Shown: one piece after another, positions 8,193 to 15,713 of the stretch
Layout: each line of letters begins with the position of its first letter
How positions within the stretch are numbered: the stretch's first letter is position 1
NCBI GenBank assembly: GCA_016281895.1
Contig: JAEEJM010000023.1
Span: 1 to 35,815, forward strand
From: Clostridiales bacterium
Lineage (GTDB): Bacteria; Bacillota; Clostridia; Oscillospirales; CAG-272
Reading direction: 5' to 3'
Length of the DNA stretch: 35,815 nucleotides
Position numbers and translations under genes: made by a program
Notes under the pieces: model-generated
Databases searched by the model: none
Seen by the model: only the letters and a program-made list of their open reading frames with translations
Told to the model about the DNA's origin: nothing

Positions 8193-10523
8193 TCAGCCCG
8201 AGACCTTGGCCAGGACCGTCCAGCCGTTCTCCTCGCTGTAGCAGGAGATGAGGCCGGTCGACGCGTTCGAAATATAACTGTATCGGAACGGCAGCACTGT
8301 GTTGCCGTTCTTGTCTATCATGCCGCATCTGCCGCCGGCGTCCGTGAGGACGCAGAGGCCCTCCACGAACGGCTGGGCGGCGGAGTACTGGGGCTGGACG
8401 AGCCAGTAGCCGTCCTTGTGATAGACGCCGTAAAGGCCGTTCCGCTCGAGGATGAGCAGGCCCTCGGAATAGGCGTACAGAGTGTAGCCGGAGGGGATGG
8501 CGAAGCGCTTGCCGCTCGTGTCGACAAGCACGTCCTCGCGCAGCTCGTAGACCGTCCTGGCGTTGGCGGGCATGTCGGCAAGGATGAGGCGGAGCAGGCC
8601 GTTGTCGTAATAGAAGCTGCCGAGCTGCGAGACGTCGCGGTACGGCGGTATCATGTAGAACTGGCGCAGCTGGGTGCCGGTGTAATAGGCGTTGCTGTGA
8701 TAGGAGTTGAGATACACTACGGTCTTTCCGGAGGTGTTGATGATGCGGACGACCCCGTTGTCGTCGACGGTCACGGCGCGCCCCTCGCGGAAGTTGTAGG
8801 CCTCGGCGTAGTTGTACTGGGTGTGCCAGGCGAGCTCCAGCGTAACGTGCTGCGAGTAGCGCGGGCGCAGCGTCGTTATATAGTTGAGGTCGGCCTTCGG
8901 CTCGGCCGTGGCGTAAATGAAGCGGTAGTCGGTGACGACCTTCGTCACTTCGTAGATCTTTGAGGTGGTCTCTTCGGCCGTCGTTTCGGGCTCGGTCACG
9001 GGGGCGGTCCCGGTATCCGTTCCGGTCCCGGTATCCGTTCCGGTCCCGGTATCAGTCCCGGTTCCGGTATCCGTCCCTGTCCCGGTATCCGTTCCGGTCC
9101 CGGGAACGGTCTCGGGAGGGAGCGTCCCGGTGACTTCGCCGGCTGTGCCGGCGGGCACGCCGGCAGAGGCGCCGGTCTCATCGGACGGGGAGGAGGTCTG
9201 CTCGGGCACTGAAGCGGTCTCCGGGGAGGCCGGTCCGGGCTCCGTCGCCGTCCCGGTCTGAGCATCGGTGCCGGGCGATGTCGCCGTCTCGGGTGCCGGC
9301 GCCGTCTCGGGCGAGAGCGTCGTCTCGGGCGACAGCGTGGCCGTCGCCGCAGCCGCCGACGATGCCGCCGCGGCCTTCCTTTCGGCCTCGACGACCTTGA
9401 GGGCGGGCTTGTAATACACCGAGAAGGGGATGTTGTGCAGGGCAACCCTGGCGGCGTAATCCGGATAGGCTATTATGAGTTCCTTTGCTATGCGCCAGTC
9501 GATCTCGGTCCTCGTGTAGACCGAGGCCGTGTCCATCGTGTAATGCATGGTCACGTCGGTGAGCGTATGGTACTTTTTTATGTTGCAGTCGGAGAGGCCG
9601 TAATCCGGGTTGTAATCGAAATACAGCCCGCGGTTGTCGGTCTCGTCGTTGTAGTCGGAGAGGATGAAATCGCCGGTGGCCTCGTCGATGTAATAATATG
9701 CGCCCTTGCTGTAGAACAGCGGGCGGCCCTCCAGGTCCCTTGTGTAGGCGAGGATGACAAGGTCGGCCTTGTACGTTCCTATGGCGCGGCCGGCGGAGGT
9801 GAGGATGGTCACGGTGGCGACGTTGGTATACCTGGGGCGCTCGGTGCGCAGGCTGATCTTCTCGCCGTCGGGGCCGTCGACGGTCACCGTGTTTGCGAAT
9901 ATGTCGGTGCAGCTGCCCTTGCCGGAATCGAGGATTATGTATCCCATGTAGAGCTCGACGGCGCGCCGGGTGTAGGTGAGGACCGCGTTCGCGGGGAGCT
10001 CGGCGCCGCTGTCCTGGACGGGGTCGGACTTGTGTATGAAGGCCGAGAAGACGTTGCCGTAAGAATAGACCGAGGGAAGCTGGGAGCCGGAGAAGACCGT
10101 CGCCAGCTTCACGGAGCCGGAATAAGAGGCCCAGGTTATCGAACCGCCCTTGGCGAGACAGTCCTGAAGCGAGTCGAATACGACGGCGCCGGCTTCGGTA
10201 CCCTGGGAGCCGGCCGAGGTCTCCGGGGCGACCTCCGAGCTGTCGGGTACGCCGGAGGTGCCGGTCTGCGAGGAGCCGGGCCCGTCCGAGGTGACATCTG
10301 AGCCGGTGTCCGGCGCCGTTGTCACGGCCGAGGTCCGCGCCTCCGTGTCACCGGGGTCGACGGCGGTCCCGGTGCCCTCCGGCCTCGTCCCGCTCTGCGA
10401 GCCGGGCAGCGAGAGCTTCAGCATGCCCAGCGCCAGCAGCGCGGCAACGGCGCATACTCCGGCAAAGATGAGGAAGCCGGAGGCGCGTGTAAGTATTCTC
10501 TTCAGTGCGGTGCCTTTTTTCAT
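8193..10523 (-). CDS. membrane-anchored extracellular protein with WG-containing (KWG-type) repeats and Pro/Thr/Glu/Gly-rich linkers
   Basis: An N-terminal TM anchor is present (FLIFAGVCAVAALLALGML). There are two low-complexity linkers, one including (GTGTDT)5. The C-terminal WG-repeat-like segments read GLYGVYHKDGYWLVQPQYSAAQPFVEGLCVL and GRCGMIDKNGNTVLPFRYSYI. Confidence 0.7.
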   Translation of the reverse strand: MKKGTALKRILTRASGFLIFAGVCAVAALLALGMLKLSLPGSQSGTRPEGTGTAVDPGDTEARTSAVTTAPDTGSDVTSDGPGSSQTGTSGVPDSSEVAPETSAGSQGTEAGAVVFDSLQDCLAKGGSITWASYSGSVKLATVFSGSQLPSVYSYGNVFSAFIHKSDPVQDSGAELPANAVLTYTRRAVELYMGYIILDSGKGSCTDIFANTVTVDGPDGEKISLRTERPRYTNVATVTILTSAGRAIGTYKADLVILAYTRDLEGRPLFYSKGAYYYIDEATGDFILSDYNDETDNRGLYFDYNPDYGLSDCNIKKYHTLTDVTMHYTMDTASVYTRTEIDWRIAKELIIAYPDYAARVALHNIPFSVYYKPALKVVEAERKAAAASSAAAATATLSPETTLSPETAPAPETATSPGTDAQTGTATEPGPASPETASVPEQTSSPSDETGASAGVPAGTAGEVTGTLPPETVPGTGTDTGTGTDTGTGTDTGTGTDTGTGTDTGTAPVTEPETTAEETTSKIYEVTKVVTDYRFIYATAEPKADLNYITTLRPRYSQHVTLELAWHTQYNYAEAYNFREGRAVTVDDNGVVRIINTSGKTVVYLNSYHSNAYYTGTQLRQFYMIPPYRDVSQLGSFYYDNGLLRLILADMPANARTVYELREDVLVDTSGKRFAIPSGYTLYAYSEGLLILERNGLYGVYHKDGYWLVQPQYSAAQPFVEGLCVLTDAGGRCGMIDKNGNTVLPFRYSYISNASTGLISCYSEENGWTVLAKVSG
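9007..9103 (-). repeat. 5.4 x 18-nt in-frame tandem repeat encoding (GTGTDT)n
   Basis: The plus-strand unit GTCCCGGTATCCGTTCCG repeats at 9007, 9025, 9043, 9061 and 9079 with a few substitutions. This agrees with the VPVSVP x5 translation in ORF 8965..9261. Confidence 0.9.
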
Positions 10524-10593
10524 TGATCGCCTTTTTTGGACAGTTATTGCGCGCGGGCCGGGGAGCCGGTCCGTGATGCGCGTCGTGCGCGGA

Positions 10594-11073
10594 CTACTTG
10601 TGGTAGCCCGTGCCTTTGATTATGGTGAATGACCTGTATAAGGCCTCCAGCAGCATTACCCTGAAGAGCCTGTGGGGGAAGGTGAGGTCGGAGAACGACA
10701 GCAGCAGGTCCGCCGCCCGCTTGACTTCGGGGTCGAGCCCGAACGAGCTCCCTATGATGAAGCACAGGGAGGGGTGGTCGGACTGGCGGGCGGCCAGCTC
10801 CGCGGCAAGGGCCTCGGACGAGAAACGCCTGCCCTCGACCGCCAGGGCGGCCGTGAAGGCTCTGGGCGGGACGGCGGACAGGATCCGGCGGCCCTCGTCG
10901 GCAAGCGCCGCGGCGATCTCGCCGTCCGACGGACAGTCGGGCAGCCTTGCCTCGCGAAGCTCGACGATCTCCGGCCTGCAGAACGCCGAGAGGCGCTTTT
11001 CGTACTCGCCGCAGGCCTGACGGAACCAGTCCTCCTTGAGGCGGCCGACGGCTATGATCTTTACGGGCACCAT
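10594..11073 (-). CDS. rlmH: 23S rRNA (pseudouridine1915-N3)-methyltransferase
   Basis: 159-aa SPOUT protein. It begins VKIIAVGRLKEDWF...YEKRL and has a C-terminal LSFSDLTFPHRLFRVMLLEALYRSFTIIKGTGYH, typical of RlmH/YbeA. Confidence 0.92.
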   Translation of the reverse strand: MVPVKIIAVGRLKEDWFRQACGEYEKRLSAFCRPEIVELREARLPDCPSDGEIAAALADEGRRILSAVPPRAFTAALAVEGRRFSSEALAAELAARQSDHPSLCFIIGSSFGLDPEVKRAADLLLSFSDLTFPHRLFRVMLLEALYRSFTIIKGTGYHK

Positions 11074-11074
11074 G

Positions 11075-11881
11075 TCAGATCACCGCGAGGGCGGGGGAGT
11101 CCGGCGGAGCGGCTCCGAGCGCCACCCTGCCTCCTCCCGCCGGCGAGCCGAACGGGACCGCGGGAAAGCCGGCCCGCTCCAGCGCCCCCCGGACGGCCGC
11201 AAGGGCCAGTTCGGGACGGTTGTTCTCGCATGAGATATGTGCCAGGAGGATGTGCTCCGCGCCGGCCTCCGCGAGCCGCACGGCCGCCTCGGCGGCGTCG
11301 CCGTTCGACAGGTGGCCCCGGTCGGAGGCGATCCTTCTTTTGAGCTCGGGCGGATAGCAGCCGCAGCGCAGCATTCCCGGATCGTGGTTGGCCTCCAGTA
11401 TGACCGCCCGGCAGCCTCTGAGCGCATCGAAGACGCTGTCCGTGAAGACGCCGAGGTCGGTGACGCAGCCGTAGCCCGTACCTCCGAAGTCCACGCGGTA
11501 GCCGAGGGAGACCTCGGTGTCGTGGGAGGTGGCAAAGGAGGTGACGGCGGCGCCCCCCACGTCCTCGGAATAAAGCGGGGAGTGGCCGACGAGCGTCCCG
11601 GGGGCGCATTTTCCGCTCACGCAGCCGGCCGTTGCGGCGGCGGCGTGGACGCGAACTCCGAGCTTCGCAGTGAGGACGGCAAGGGCCGCCACGTGGTCGA
11701 TGTGCGAGTGCGTCAGGAAGAGCGCGCCTACCGAGGCCGGATCGACTCCGGCTCCGCGCAGGGCGCCGCATATGTACTTTGCCGATCTTCCGGCGTCGAT
11801 GAGGAGCGTCGTCCCCCCGGCGCTGAAGACCGCGCAGTTGCCTCCCGAACCGGAGCAGAGCGTTCCGAACAGCGCGCTCAT
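11075..11881 (-). CDS. MBL-fold metallo-hydrolase (YycJ/WalJ-like)
   Basis: I place the start at ATG 11881-11879 (MSALFGTLCSGSGGNCAVF). The HxHxDH motif is THSHIDH. The 487-aa track ORF is an Arg-rich upstream extension that overlaps the real upstream gene. An MBL gene next to rlmH matches Firmicute yycJ...rlmH synteny. Confidence 0.85.
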   Translation of the reverse strand: MSALFGTLCSGSGGNCAVFSAGGTTLLIDAGRSAKYICGALRGAGVDPASVGALFLTHSHIDHVAALAVLTAKLGVRVHAAAATAGCVSGKCAPGTLVGHSPLYSEDVGGAAVTSFATSHDTEVSLGYRVDFGGTGYGCVTDLGVFTDSVFDALRGCRAVILEANHDPGMLRCGCYPPELKRRIASDRGHLSNGDAAEAAVRLAEAGAEHILLAHISCENNRPELALAAVRGALERAGFPAVPFGSPAGGGRVALGAAPPDSPALAVI

Positions 11882-12333
11882 GATCCGAGCATCGATCTCA
11901 GCGCGCCCGTCACGGAGTCCCAGACGAAGAGCCGGAACAGGTCGACGAGCAGCGGCAGGGCAAGGGCGATCATTGCGATGAGCAGCCACTTGGAGCGCTT
12001 CTCCCTGAGGGCGGCGCTCTCCACGTACTCGCGCTTCTCCTCGGGCGACATGGAGTCCGGCAGCATGTCCTCCGTCACACCGCGCGCCGCGAAGCCGCGG
12101 TTGTAGGCGACATAGGCGACGGCTGCGGCCGCCAGAAGGACGGCATAGGACGCGGTGGTGATCTTGAACAGGACGGGATAGCGCCCGCCGAGGTCGATCA
12201 GGACGAAGTAAAGGATCGACGAGACCGCGCAGGCAAGCACCAGCACGGCCAGCAGCCGCCAGTTGAACTTTTTCAGCGCGTCCCGGATCGCGGCCCTTTC
12301 GCCGCGCTTCTCGGGCGTGTCGTTGCGTCTCAT
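11878..12333 (-). CDS. hypothetical integral membrane protein (about 3 TM helices)
   Basis: 151-aa ORF with three hydrophobic segments: LLAVLVLACAVSSILYFVLI, ASYAVLLAAAAVAYVAY and WLLIAMIALALPLLV. It overlaps the downstream MBL gene in an ATGA arrangement and starts 3 nt after the galK stop. I recognise no family. Confidence 0.6.
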   Translation of the reverse strand: MRRNDTPEKRGERAAIRDALKKFNWRLLAVLVLACAVSSILYFVLIDLGGRYPVLFKITTASYAVLLAAAAVAYVAYNRGFAARGVTEDMLPDSMSPEEKREYVESAALREKRSKWLLIAMIALALPLLVDLFRLFVWDSVTGALRSMLGS

Positions 12334-12336
12334 GGC

Positions 12337-13626
12337 TCAGAAGACGCGGCAGGCTCCGTCGGGCCTGACCCTCAGCACGTGGCAGGCGCCCTCGCCGAAG
12401 ACGGCGTCGAGCTCGCGGCGGTACGCGTCGACGTCCTCCTCGGGGACGAAGGCCTGTATGGTGCCGGCAAAGCCGCCTCCGTGAACGCGGCAGGCTCCGG
12501 GGCGGTCGCACCCGGCAAGGAAGCGCTCGCTCACGCACAGGGCAAGCGAGAGCCCCTGCTCGGAGGGGTCGCGGGGAGAGTACACGTTCTGAAGGTAGCA
12601 GAAGGAGGAGCGGCCGGACTCGGATACAAGCTGGAAGAAGGTTTCGATGTCGCCCGACCGCAGCGTGATCTTCTGGAGGTCGACGCGGCGGTTCTCGTCA
12701 AAGAAGTGCATCGCGCGGAGCACTGCCCGGTCGCCGCACTCCTTGCGCAGGACGGCCAGGCAGGAGCGGAAGGCGTCCTCGGGGACGTCCCGCAGGGCGG
12801 TCTTGCCGAACTTCGCGGCCACGGACTTCATCTCGGCGGGGACGGCCGCGTAATCGGGGGTGAGATCGGCGTGGTTGCCGCCGGTGTTGACGAGGCAGAG
12901 CCTGTATCCGGCCGCGGAGAAGTCGAAATCCAGCTTCTGGGAGGCGGGGTGTGCGGGGTCCGCGAAGTCGATGGTTATTATGCCGCCCGCGGCGCAGGCC
13001 ATCTGGTCCATGAGGCCGCAGGGCTTTCCGAAGAAGCGGTTCTCGGCGTACTGCGATATCAGCGCGATCTCGGTGCCGCCGACCGAGCCCCCGTTGTAGA
13101 GGTGGGAGAACAGGGTGCCGGTCATTACCTCGAACGCCGCGGACGATGATATACCGGAGCCCTTGAGGACGTTGGACGTCGTCACCGCGTCGAGGCCCCC
13201 GATGGCGTAGCCGCGCTCCCTGAAGCCTTCGGCGACTCCGGCGACGAGCGCCGACGACCTGCCGAACTCCGAGGGATCGGGGACGGCCGCGACGGCGGTG
13301 TCCACCCTGTCCTCGGGGAAGCCCTCGCTCTTAATGCGTACGACGCTCCCTTCGGACGGCGCCGCGGCGGCGATGATATCGAGATCGACGGAGCAGGCTA
13401 TGACCCTGCCCCTGTTGTGGTCGGTGTGGTTGCCGGACAGCTCGCTGCGCCCCGGTACGGAGAACAGCGCGATGTCCCTGTCTGCTCCGTAACGCGAGCC
13501 GAACTCGGCGGCAAGCGCCGCGTATCTGTCCCGCTGGGCGGAGACCGCCTCGGGCCCGTACAGCCTCTCGAGCGCGGAGTCGATGCCGCCGCTCCTTATG
13601 TGTCTTGCAAGTTCCGAAGAGTTCAA
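12337..13626 (-). CDS. galK: galactokinase-family GHMP sugar kinase
   Basis: The galactokinase signature region is PGRSELSGNHTDHNRGRV. The GHMP ATP motif is GSGISSSAAFEV, and DQMACAAGG is also present. It uses a TTG start at 13626-13624, with a GGGAGGT SD 6 nt upstream. Confidence 0.75.
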   Translation of the reverse strand: MNSSELARHIRSGGIDSALERLYGPEAVSAQRDRYAALAAEFGSRYGADRDIALFSVPGRSELSGNHTDHNRGRVIACSVDLDIIAAAAPSEGSVVRIKSEGFPEDRVDTAVAAVPDPSEFGRSSALVAGVAEGFRERGYAIGGLDAVTTSNVLKGSGISSSAAFEVMTGTLFSHLYNGGSVGGTEIALISQYAENRFFGKPCGLMDQMACAAGGIITIDFADPAHPASQKLDFDFSAAGYRLCLVNTGGNHADLTPDYAAVPAEMKSVAAKFGKTALRDVPEDAFRSCLAVLRKECGDRAVLRAMHFFDENRRVDLQKITLRSGDIETFFQLVSESGRSSFCYLQNVYSPRDPSEQGLSLALCVSERFLAGCDRPGACRVHGGGFAGTIQAFVPEEDVDAYRRELDAVFGEGACHVLRVRPDGACRVF

Positions 13627-13694
13627 AGTCAGACCTCCCGCGGGCCGGTCGCGAACGAGGCGGCCCGATATCCAAACAATATGATTACAGTTTA

Positions 13695-13723
13695 ATTATA
13701 CTCCCGCGTGCCGCCGGAGTCAA
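13695..13723 (-). promoter_or_regulatory. consensus sigmaA-type promoter (TTGACT-17-TATAAT) for the galK-rlmH operon
   Basis: On the minus strand, TTGACT is the complement of 13718-13723, followed by a 17-nt spacer and TATAAT (complement of 13695-13700). The -35 overlaps an 18-bp palindrome, AAGACAA-ATCC-TTGTCTT, at 13722-13739. Confidence 0.75.
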
Positions 13724-13819
13724 GACAAATCCTTGTCTTCCGCCGCTGTCCATTATAGTGTCCGATTGTGAGCGCCGGGGAAAGCGTTTCTGATTTTTCC
13801 ATGAACGGGGCGCCGCTTA

Positions 13820-13849
13820 TTGACAAGGGGTCCGGTTTCGTAATATACT
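13820..13849 (+). promoter_or_regulatory. sigmaA-type promoter (TTGACA-18-TATACT) for the surface-protein operon
   Basis: TTGACA lies at 13820-13825 and TATACT at 13844-13849, with an 18-nt spacer. This is about 50 nt upstream of ATG 13901. Confidence 0.6.
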
Positions 13850-13900
13850 ATTAATGGATTTTTGTTTGCATTATTAGTTTTTCGTTCGGAAGGACTGACC

Positions 13901-15697
13901 ATGAGGATAAATCTGAGAACCGCCGCCTCCGCGCTCGCCGTGCTTGCCGCGGCGGCCCTGGCCCTTGCGCCGGCGGCAGCCGCCGCGGCCGCGGTGCCGG
14001 AGGATACGACGCCCGAGATACCCGTAGCCACGGTCAGCGTGGTCGCCGTGAAGCTCGCCACCCTGCCGTCCAGGCTCTCGTATACGGTCGGCGACGCCCC
14101 CGACTACACCGGGGCCACGCTCGAGCTCACCATGAGCGACAGGTCGACAAGGACCGAGACCGTGGCCGCCTCCTGGTGCACCGGCTTCGACAGCGACACC
14201 GACGGGGAAAAGACCGTGACCGTCACCTATCCCGGCACGAACCTGTCCGACTCGTTCACGGTCCGGGTCAACTCCAAAAAGGTCGCCGAGATAGTCATAC
14301 AGAGGATGCCGGACCGCCTCGATTACTATGTCGGCGACACGGTCAGCATTGCCGGCATACGCGTGAGGGCGATCTACGAGGGAGGCACCTCGGCCGACGT
14401 GACCGAAGGCGTGTCCCTTGCCGCGACCGACACCTCGGTCCCGGGGGACAGCGTCCCCGTGACCGTGTATTATTACGCCAACTCGAGCCGCTACCAGGCG
14501 ACGTTCCACATACGCGTGCTGGCCGTGACCGTCGATTCCGTATCCATCGCGACCTATCCCGTTCGCAACGAGTTCAGCGACGGCGAGCCCGCCGATTATT
14601 CCGGCCTCTCGCTCACCGTCTTATACAGGAACGGTGACGACGTCATCGAGCGAACGGTCGACGACCTGTCGCTCATGAGCTTCGAGGGCTACGATCCGTA
14701 CACGCTCGGCGTCCAGACCGTGACCGTTTCATACGAGGGCCTGTCCGACCGCTTCCGCGTCTCGGTCACCCTGTCCGACAGCCACGTCCACACTCCCGGG
14801 CCGTACGAGGTCATAGAGCAGCCGACCTGCGTCACAGACGGGGTCGAGATCTCCCGCTGCACCGTGTGCGGCGAGGAGGCCGACCGCCGCAGCACCGGGA
14901 CAGCCCCCCACACCTGGGGCGACTGGCTTATCATATCGCACGCGACCAGCGCCTCCGACGGAAGCATGGAGCGCGTCTGTTCCGTGTGCGGAGAGAAGAG
15001 CGTAGCTGTGATACCGGCGCTCAACAAGATACTCAGGAACGGCGACTATTCCGCCGAGATCGGCGGTACCGACCTGTTTGCCGACGGCATGACGTTCGAG
15101 GTGACCTCCGTTACGGCTGTCGTCACGGCCGGCGAGATGGAGGCCTTCGCTGCGGCCGCCGGAAGCGACGGCCGCGTGGTCGAGGTCGTCTGTCTTGCCT
15201 TCCGCGATCAGACCGGGCCGGTCGAGCTCGACAAGCCCCTTACATACACCTTCCCGGTGGCCGACCCGGGCGACGCCGCCTCGTTTGCCGCCGTGCGCGC
15301 AGGCGAGCGGATCCCGGCCGTCTACGATCCCGAAAAGCGCACCGTGACCTTCACCATGAACGGGGCCGGAACGGTGGCGCTCGCTGCGTACGGCGCGGAG
15401 GCCGAGACCTCAGCGCCGCCGCAGACCGAGCCGCCCGTCACGGAGCCGCCGGAATCGACCGCGCCCGAGACTTCGTCTGCGCCGCCCGAGACCGGATCCG
15501 TGACCGAGCCCCCCGACGATACCGAAGCCGGCCCTTCGCAGACCGCGGACACGTCCGCGGCGGAGCCCGTGACCGAGCCGCAGGAGAGGGATCCCGGCGG
15601 GTCCGGCACGGCGGTCAAGGTGGTCATAATAGCCGTCGTCCTGCTGGTGGCCGGGGCTCTCGTCGGAGCGCTGTGCTACAAGCGCTACGTTTACTGA
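13901..15697 (+). CDS. secreted, C-terminally membrane-anchored surface protein with three Big_3-type bacterial Ig-like domains and a Cys-rich module
   Basis: I place the start at ATG 13901, after a GGAAGGA SD. The signal peptide is MRINLRTAASALAVLAAAALALAPAAA. There are three ~80-aa repeats of the pattern V..I...P.r..Y.vGD..d..G..l...Y..G......vtVtY, for example TVTVTYPG, VPVTVYYY and TVTVSYEG. These are followed by a Cys-rich module, a Pro/Thr/Glu stalk and a C-terminal TM (VVIIAVVLLVAGALVGALCY) plus KRYVY. Confidence 0.75.
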   Translation: MRINLRTAASALAVLAAAALALAPAAAAAAAVPEDTTPEIPVATVSVVAVKLATLPSRLSYTVGDAPDYTGATLELTMSDRSTRTETVAASWCTGFDSDTDGEKTVTVTYPGTNLSDSFTVRVNSKKVAEIVIQRMPDRLDYYVGDTVSIAGIRVRAIYEGGTSADVTEGVSLAATDTSVPGDSVPVTVYYYANSSRYQATFHIRVLAVTVDSVSIATYPVRNEFSDGEPADYSGLSLTVLYRNGDDVIERTVDDLSLMSFEGYDPYTLGVQTVTVSYEGLSDRFRVSVTLSDSHVHTPGPYEVIEQPTCVTDGVEISRCTVCGEEADRRSTGTAPHTWGDWLIISHATSASDGSMERVCSVCGEKSVAVIPALNKILRNGDYSAEIGGTDLFADGMTFEVTSVTAVVTAGEMEAFAAAAGSDGRVVEVVCLAFRDQTGPVELDKPLTYTFPVADPGDAASFAAVRAGERIPAVYDPEKRTVTFTMNGAGTVALAAYGAEAETSAPPQTEPPVTEPPESTAPETSSAPPETGSVTEPPDDTEAGPSQTADTSAAEPVTEPQERDPGGSGTAVKVVIIAVVLLVAGALVGALCYKRYVY

Positions 15698-15713
15698 CAA
15701 GGAGGAGATGAAA

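Noticed and set aside
9007-9103. Phase-variable on/off switch via the 18-nt repeat
   Set aside because: The unit length is a multiple of 3, so copy-number change keeps the frame. It can only vary linker length, not switch expression.
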